Of a DNA stretch of 64,000 nt, positions 56,668 to 64,000 are shown one piece after another. Location: positions 1,240,001 to 1,304,000 of the forward strand of contig NC_089433.1 in the NCBI RefSeq assembly GCF_026210795.1. The letters are read 5' to 3'. Position numbers and translations under genes: made by a program. How positions within the stretch are numbered: position 1 is the first letter of the stretch; every line of letters begins with the position of its first letter. Origin of the DNA: Rhizophagus irregularis. Taxonomy: Eukaryota. Below the pieces are notes generated by a model. That model made no database searches, was not told the origin of the DNA, and saw only the letters and a list, made by a program, of their open reading frames with translations.

Positions 56668-57741
56668 TCAAAAATTGATTATAGTATAGTTTTGCGCTGG
56701 GGAGGTATGGTTATGTGGCGAATGTCGAAAAGCTTGACTGGCGATGGTCATAGCATCTGATAAATTCTTCGCACCATTCAATACGACTGCAAATACTGCC
56801 CCTAATTTGCACAAATAGCTAGGAAGAAGTGGTTTACTGGTTTCAGGAAGAAATCTATTTTTTTTCAGAAATGTATTAAACCATTTAACTCCTGGCACTC
56901 CTGGATCTCTCAACTGTTCAGAAGAAATTGCATCCTGAATCCAAGTAAGGAGAAGTTTAGCCCGCTCTTCATCCCTTTCTAACAATCTAAATATCCAAGA
57001 ATTATCCTGTTAGTCTCAGTTTTTTGTGTATCCAGTTACACCTCCACTAGATATGCGCAAGTCTTTAATTTCAACGGGACGGGCGCAGAGCATTATCATT
57101 ACATCGGCTAGGGCTTGCACATCAGGTATGTTAGACACATCATAGAAATTGAGTCTCTTCTTAACCGATTCTAACGAGAAGTGATCTGGAAAATCAATTC
57201 CTTCATTTTCACATTGATCCCTACGCTCTTTTTGAATCTTATTAGATGCACAGGTTGTTTTTTCGTCTAATGTAGTAGAGATTATCTTTTTTAGGGCATT
57301 GAGTTTCCGCAACTATCATCAGAGTCTACTAAGATGGGATGTGGTGGCAACAGGGTTAGGAGTAGTTAAAGCCTTGGCTATCGCCTTTACTTCTTTTTCA
57401 CCAAAATTATCTCAAACAATACGCTGGGCTATACTTTTGATGGTTTTTCTGTCTGGGATGATATTGGATATTTGGCATATATTAACTTCTCCTGCTTCAT
57501 CTCCTCCTTCTTTGGGGATTACTCAACTTCTACTTCAGCAAATTCTCTGATTGGTGACTAATACAAACGCCTGCTCTTTACTAAAGCCATACTCTTCCTA
57601 AAAGTGCTGGCGACCCTTATTTCTTTTCAGTTTATCTGTCAAAAGCTCGAGTAATGCTAGGATGTGCTGGCTAAGTTCTTCATTAATCATATCTTTATTG
57701 AGTTTGTGCCCTGCAACGTACTTTGATACAATCGCAGACAT
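56668..57741 (-). pseudogene. Tyrosine-recombinase-fold (telomere resolvase/protelomerase-like) gene, decayed
   Basis: Read through stops: ALADVMIMLCARPVEI, GYTKN, PSYL(C)KLGA, AFRHS, PAQNY give an R-K-R-H-Y-like order. ATG at 57741. Confidence 0.55.
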
Positions 57742-57990
57742 AGCTGGGTGGATATAGGTTATGGAGTAACTACTAGATTATGTGTAACTGTTAGGTTATT
57801 CTATATCTGAAAAAGTTCAATTCAAAAAATATTCTGCCATTTATCTACTCTATGGTCGGTAAAAAACCATCGGAGGGTTAGGACTTAGGAAAAGGGAAAA
57901 GAATATTATAATTTATTGCAGGATCTCTATGAGCTCACCCACTCTGGCCAAGATATGTTTTACATTGATTTGAAAATTGTGGGTAGATAG

Positions 57991-58861
57991 TAAAGCTCCA
58001 AACAGTTTGGGCTAAACCGGGGAACCGATCCGAAATCGGCTCAAAATTCGGTTCAGTTCGGTTTGGGTATTAGAACTGAAAAACCGGCGGTTCAGTTCAG
58101 TTTAATCCGATTTTTTATAAAAATGCGAAAAATCGAATAGCCGGCCATCTAGTAATCGTACAAAGTCGAGCCATATATCAATGGATTCTTCTCGATGAGA
58201 CGCGTCGAATGGTGGTAAGATCATGTTTCTAGTATCGATAGATCGTTTTCTAATGCGAATTGTTTAAGAAACACTCACCATGGGCTATCTCACGATCTAT
58301 CGATGTTAGAGATCTGATTTTACCACCATTCGACTCGTCTCAGTGAGACGAATCCAATGAGCTAAAATTCGTCTTTGTGTGATCAATAGATGGCGTTTAA
58401 TCGCTTGTATCGGAATTTTAATTTTTGACGTTCGAAAATTTAAAAAAAATGCGAAAAAATGAATACACGACCATCCAGTGATTGCAAAAAGACGAATTAT
58501 AGCTCATTAGATTCGTCTCGTTGAGATGCGTCGAATGGTGGTAAATTCATGTCTCTAGCATCAATGGATCGTTTTCTGATACAAATTTTTTAAGAAACAC
58601 TCACCATGTTCTATCTCGTGATCTATCGATGCTAGAGACTTGATTTTACCACCATTCGACGCGTCTCGATGAGAGGATTCCAACGAGCTATGGCCCGTCC
58701 TTGTACGATCACTGGATGGTCGTGTATTCATTTTTTCGCATTTTTCTTAATTTCAGATAGAATTGAACCGAACCGGACGGTTCCGGTTCGGTTCCATTTC
58801 GGTTTTCGGTTCTACCCGAACCGCAAAAAAACTGAACTGAACCGACCCGTTCAGAACTTTA
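57991..58861. mobile_element. hAT-like non-autonomous element containing two tandem fold-back units of about 300 bp
   Basis: Degenerate ends TAAAGCTCCAAAC / TAAAGTTCTGAAC. GAACC/GGTTC subterminal repeats. No TSD found. Confidence 0.65.
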
Positions 58862-58906
58862 CCCCATTCTAAGGCTATGAACAAATTATCTGTATCAATT
58901 CACATT

Positions 58907-59344
58907 TTAGTAAAATGCTTGCGCTAGAGCTAATATTTGTTCTGGTCCTAAAGCATTCGTCTTAGTGAATGCATCATATAAAGAATTTGGCCTGTACTTT
59001 GAAGGGACTAAATTTGGGTGATGGAGGAATTTCATGAGTATGTCATTCCTCCAAACTTTTGTCTTTCTATGTTCCCAAGTTATTCTTATTAATACAGACA
59101 AGTTATCACTAGAATAATTCGTTTGTATTAGATTTTGAAGTGAGGATCGTTTATTTTTTTCAAGGGTAAATAATCCCATTCCTTCTATGACAGCAGATTC
59201 TACACTAATAGGAAACTTTTTACAAATATTCGATCTAGCTAGAATAGATAAATATGGAATTATAGCCAGATAGTAGAAGTCGGCTAAGGAGTTTAATTCA
59301 AATTCACTAACATATATAGTCCCAATATCCTCTAAATAATCCAA
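58907..59344 (-). CDS. Hypothetical protein fragment (5' end decayed)
   Basis: 145 aa open frame without ATG start. Confidence 0.35.
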   Translation of the reverse strand: MDYLEDIGTIYVSEFELNSLADFYYLAIIPYLSILARSNICKKFPISVESAVIEGMGLFTLEKNKRSSLQNLIQTNYSSDNLSVLIRITWEHRKTKVWRNDILMKFLHHPNLVPSKYRPNSLYDAFTKTNALGPEQILALAQAFY

Positions 59345-60023
59345 AAGTCTATCAGCGTATCTGAACCCTTCATGAATTAACTTTTGGAATAGCTTTCCAT
59401 TTAGATCGATCTATCGGCCAATTAGTAAATTAAGTACTGTTCTATGTATGTCTATAGCGTTAGTATGAAAAGATACTTTATCTCATTGTAATACCGATTA
59501 ATTTAAATACATATTTTATTATGAAATTAAAAGTGAAAAGAGGGTTTATATCCTGAAATACTTCTATAGCTCACTTTATTTGCGCACATATCAAGAGAGA
59601 TGGCACTATTTGTAGAAATAGATGCTGTGATCCTTCCGGTGTAGCCATAGATACTGAAGTAATCGCATAATATGGAGGAATAATATGGAATAAAAGATCA
59701 AACAATAGAAAGTCACATGATTGGATAAAATTAATCGGAAAGGATAAACTTTTAGGAGAAGGAATGATCTACATGATGTAATGTTTATTAAATAATTAAC
59801 GGAGAACCAATAGATCAAGTAGGGAGTTGATCGATGTGGCTTAGCAACCAGTTTATCAAGTTCAACAATAAGAACAATTAGGAGGAGTAATCATAAGCCA
59901 CAAATGATAAATCATATAAAAAGGAAGGATAGTGAATTAAAGGAACAAAAAAAATAGGAACATGTAAAATATTGATGAACTGCAGCCGCAGTAGAAGAAT
60001 AGCTGACAAGACGCAGTAAAAAG

Positions 60024-60305
60024 GATAGCACAGCCACAAAAGATGGATCTTTACGATATAATATTTGAAAGATTATTTTATTTTAAAGAAAAGATAGCAC
60101 AGCCACAAAAGATGGATCTTTACGATATAATATTTGAAAGATTATTTTATTTTAAAGAAAAGATAGCACAGCCACAAAAGATGGATCTTTACGATATAAT
60201 ATTTGAAAGATTATTTTATTTTAAAGAAAAGATAGCACAGCCACAAAAGATGGATTATATCTTTACGACATAATATGCGAAAGATTATTTTAAAGAAAAG
60301 ATAGC
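60024..60305. repeat. 69-bp tandem repeat, 3 identical copies plus 1 degenerate
   Basis: GATAGCACAGCCACAAAAGATGGATCTTTACGATATAATATTTGAAAGATTATTTTATTTTAAAGAAAA. Confidence 0.95.
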
Positions 60306-60876
60306 ATATTAAAATAGTATAACATATTAGAAAAGATAACATATAAAATAGCATATAAGATAGCGCATAAAAGATAACATATAAAATATTAGAAAGAAAT
60401 AAGAAGTAAGAAAAGAAAGAATAAGAAAGTTGGTTTAAATAGGAGCGGAATGGAAAGTGAATTCGACAGTCGTCAGATACGATGTAAAACTTTACGAAAA
60501 TTAGTTAGTTGTGAATTTTATGAGGAATAAATAAAATACCTTTTATATGAAAATTAATTGTTTTGATTGTTTTTGTTACTATTTTCTTATGATGAAAAAG
60601 TAATTTTGTTCAATTAACTGTTAGTAAAGCGTAATGTTATTTAAAGGTAATAGGTTCGCCCTAAACTTTATTGTAATGTTCGCCTAATTAATTTTAATTG
60701 GATAAATTCATGGTGAATTTAATGTCATAACAAGAATTATGAAATGAATAAAATATAAACTTTCGTAAAGAGAACTATCGTAAATTTGAAAGAAGAGAAA
60801 GGATGAAATATCGTGGCGAAAGCTATCGCAATTTGAAAGTTAAGTAGTAATAAAACTAAACCAAGCAAGAATATTA

Positions 60877-61454
60877 ATGTTTCGCTGAGAATACATATAA
60901 CAGAAGCAGGGAACTTTGTTTACCGCCGGGTGGCAGACGGGGGTGACACCGGGTGTTATAGGCACTGGAAATTGTATGAAAAAAACATGAAAAAATTTCA
61001 CTGCCTTGGTTGTGGATTTCCTACCAATTCTCCTACGGGATATTGTTCCAAATATTGTTCCAAGTATTCTGCAAAGTTTCATTCGCACAATTACCGGATG
61101 AGGCAGAAATGTAAAGCCAAGACCGAGGCTCTTCAACCCGCAAAGACCTTTGAATTATCGGATGAGACCCTTCAACCCAGAATCCCTGAAGCTCTAATTT
61201 CTGAGTCAGATGATAGTAGTGCTTCGATCCATGAACACTTGTTTCCCGCTTCTTCACAATTATTTGCAGATTCGTTAGAAAGAGATTTAACGGATTTGAT
61301 CCAGGTCAAAATACTAGGTGATAGGGTTGTAATTAAAGGCTCAGCTACAAAGTCACCCAGAGTCTATGAAGATTCAGTTTCTGAGTCGGATGATGAAGAT
61401 ACGGGTCTCAACCTCTTTGGAGATATGTGGTTAGCTCGAAAATTGGAGCACTAG
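60877..61454 (+). pseudogene. Cys-rich (zinc-finger-like) N-terminus plus acidic tail; 5' end disrupted
   Basis: CYRHW..CLGCGFPTNSPTGYCSKYC. The ATG at about 60877 is followed by stops and is not in frame. Confidence 0.45.
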
Positions 61455-61680
61455 ATCCCCTTTGAATTATCTGCCAAAAAGTAAGTAAAAAAATATTATT
61501 AGTCAATTATTATATATAATTTTGGTAGAAGCCTACGTCTCAAAGTATGTGACTATGTATCTGACCGGAGCGAGAATTTTTTTAATGATACCTACTTGAA
61601 TAAGTGTAGTCTTCTTCGTAATCTTATATAAAAAATTGGAAGAAGACTACACTTTTCTAGATATATATTCGGGCATGGCA

Positions 61681-64000
61681 TTAGCACATATCAAATAAAT
61701 TCTGAATATCTTCTGAAATTTGCGTATTATCAACTTTGCTAGAACTAGAAAGATTACCTAATAATAATTCATCAGATGGGATCTTACTATATCCATATCG
61801 AATATCTTTACCATTTTTCCAATAAATTTCTTCCCCTGTTTGGTATGAAGGAAACTTGGGGCGTCCTTGCTATTGAATAAACCAACTAAATGATAATATT
61901 TTTGACTCTTATCAACAGCCTTAAATTTCAATCCATAAGTTGTGTAAAGGGATGCATTTAATAAACTAAGTTTCGCTCGGATTGTTTTTAATCCCAATTT
62001 TTTAGCACTGCGCGATGCATCTGTATTATCAAATACTCGAGTCATTTTAGGCACTAAACCCTGGAGATACAATATTGATTCAGGAGTACTTAAGCACTTT
62101 TTGACATCATCAGATTTATATCGTGTCCTATCATCAATGTCTTTAGCAGGTGTATAGATCCTTAGTAATTCCAAGCAAATTCGATGCTTCTCAGCTCGAG
62201 TAGCTATGATAAGTTTATCTTCTCTATAATCTTTGTGAATGATAGCCTCAACAGCTGTTTCATTGTTAATGCCAGCGTCTCGTAACTGTCTATAAGCTCT
62301 GAACCATTTCATATGATTATAATTCCCATACTTCGATATGAATTCTTCGGTCAATGATTCAGGCGGAATCTTATAACATTCTACAATATGATGCCAGTCT
62401 AAAGATCACATTTCCTCTAAAGTCTTCTTCAGCTTATTTTCCAAAACCTCAGCTATCTCATGATCAAGAATACGGGTATTTGAAATATCTGAAATTTCTT
62501 CCATTTTAATGATAGATGAACTCACCTTTACTGTCTGGAATAATGATATCGTATTATCTTTAGGTTTAAAAATAAGTTCTATAATAGAAATTACTATACC
62601 CGCATTTCGGAGAAAATCAACCATTCTCCAGCCAAATAAACGATGAGATCAAAATTTTTCTAACATATATGCGACCCATAAACGAATAGTTGGTACTTCC
62701 TTATTCTGAATAATAGAGTCGATATCCGGAAATATTCCTCTATTCTGAAGCTCTTGGGGGAGACATTCACGTTTAGCATTCAACAACCATCGAAATAGCA
62801 CTTCTTCTGTAATGGGAACATTAGACGATTTTTGCTCGATATGACATATATAATCTTTAATGCACCACATGCAAAATAACATCTGATTCGTTCTGGCGTT
62901 TGTTTCTATATAGCTATTAAAGAGACAAAATGCTCGCTTAAAATTAGGATTAATGCAAGATAATCCTATTTTTAGAGTGCAACTAGGTCTACGGCTTTTC
63001 ATGCTTCTTCAACGTTACTGAAATCGTGAGCCTTTTCTACCGGATCAGATTTACCATATTCCTTAATCCGTAGTTCTGGAAAATCGGTCTTAAAAGCACG
63101 AACAATCCCTTACACATCCTTTTTGAGATGGCAAATAAGCGAAACGCTTTTCTGATTCTCAAAATGTAGTGAAGACATTTGTTTGGCCCAATTCCAGAGT
63201 TCAGCTAATACAGTTTCTTTATTGGGAGCCAAGCGGAATGTCTTACCTTCCTGTGGTTGATAAGTGTTATGGATAATTGAAAATACTCTATTCTTGCGAA
63301 GGGCCTTAATCCATTCAATGTTGAGGTCAGTTAAGTCATTGTCCATTACAATAATGCACCTCGCATCTTGTATTAATTTATATAATTTTTCTATCGATTG
63401 TCATGCCAAACAACTTTGTGCTTGAGCAATTATAGACACTATTTCATCAAGCCACAGGTCATAATGGATTGGAAGACATTTGCATTTTTTATTACATTTA
63501 CAATTATTGGTAATACGATGTAAGCTTTCTATCTGACATACTACCCTCTTATGATCAGGTAGATTTATATTACCATTGATATCGCAATATGACTTAAGAT
63601 TAAGCCTTGTAGTAACAGCGTTTGAGTAAAAATGGCGCGTGGATAATACTAGCAAATTTACATCATTAGGGATAGCCAAATTTTCAAGAATATAGGTTTT
63701 TCCTATTTCCCAAGGCGATCCCACATAAATATCGTCTTCATTGGGTAATGGTCTTACATACCTTTCATTATAAGTTTCTGTAGCCGTAAGGGTCTCACTA
63801 TATTTGACCCAAGATGGTATTTTTACAAAGGCTTTAGGGAAGCCCAGAGCCTTTACCTTATAGGAGGATTGTAGAGGATTTTTATTTTCTTGCTGAATTT
63901 TTTCTGCAATAGATGGGTCGCATTCAAAAACTTCCCCTGGTTCATCACTACATTGCCAGAAGCATTTTACAATGAATGTTCCACTGCTGGTATATACATG
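61681..64000 (-). pseudogene. UL9-like / origin-binding SF2 helicase, intronless, decayed; 5' part outside the window
   Basis: GSPWEIGKT (Walker A), LLVLSTR, VVCQIESLHRI, LWLDE (Walker B), IIVMDNDL, TLKIGLS, NQML. Many in-frame stops and frameshifts. Confidence 0.8.

Noticed and set aside
60043..60273. 76-aa repeat protein ORF
   Set aside because: Explained by a 69-bp (multiple of 3) repeat. No other coding evidence.

Overview
AT-rich, intron-containing fungal nuclear DNA. The 18S/ITS sequence and the gene families point to an arbuscular mycorrhizal fungus (Glomeromycotina, Rhizophagus-like). The left part (1-23 kb) holds an astacin-protease remnant, a KCTD-type BTB gene, a 12-exon MacroD-type macrodomain gene with a long acidic repeat tail, CHO2, and one complete, apparently non-tandem 18S-5.8S-28S rDNA unit on the minus strand. 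The right part (24-64 kb) is a decayed mobile/accessory region. It contains a Ulp1-like protease, a TTAA-flanked Sola3-like transposon with FYR-like domains and a related MITE, several hAT- and CACTA-type non-autonomous elements, PD-(D/E)xK/Crinkler-like and F-box/LRR pseudogenes, and a block of mostly intronless minus-strand genes that includes a tyrosine-recombinase/telomere-resolvase-like gene and a UL9-like helicase. The most striking structure is inside a CACTA-ended element (53790-56550): 12 tandem exon-intron-like units in which both the 5' splice site and the branch point sit in hairpins, the first showing compensatory changes. All calls were made by eye with no database searches; exon and pseudogene boundaries are approximate unless stated.
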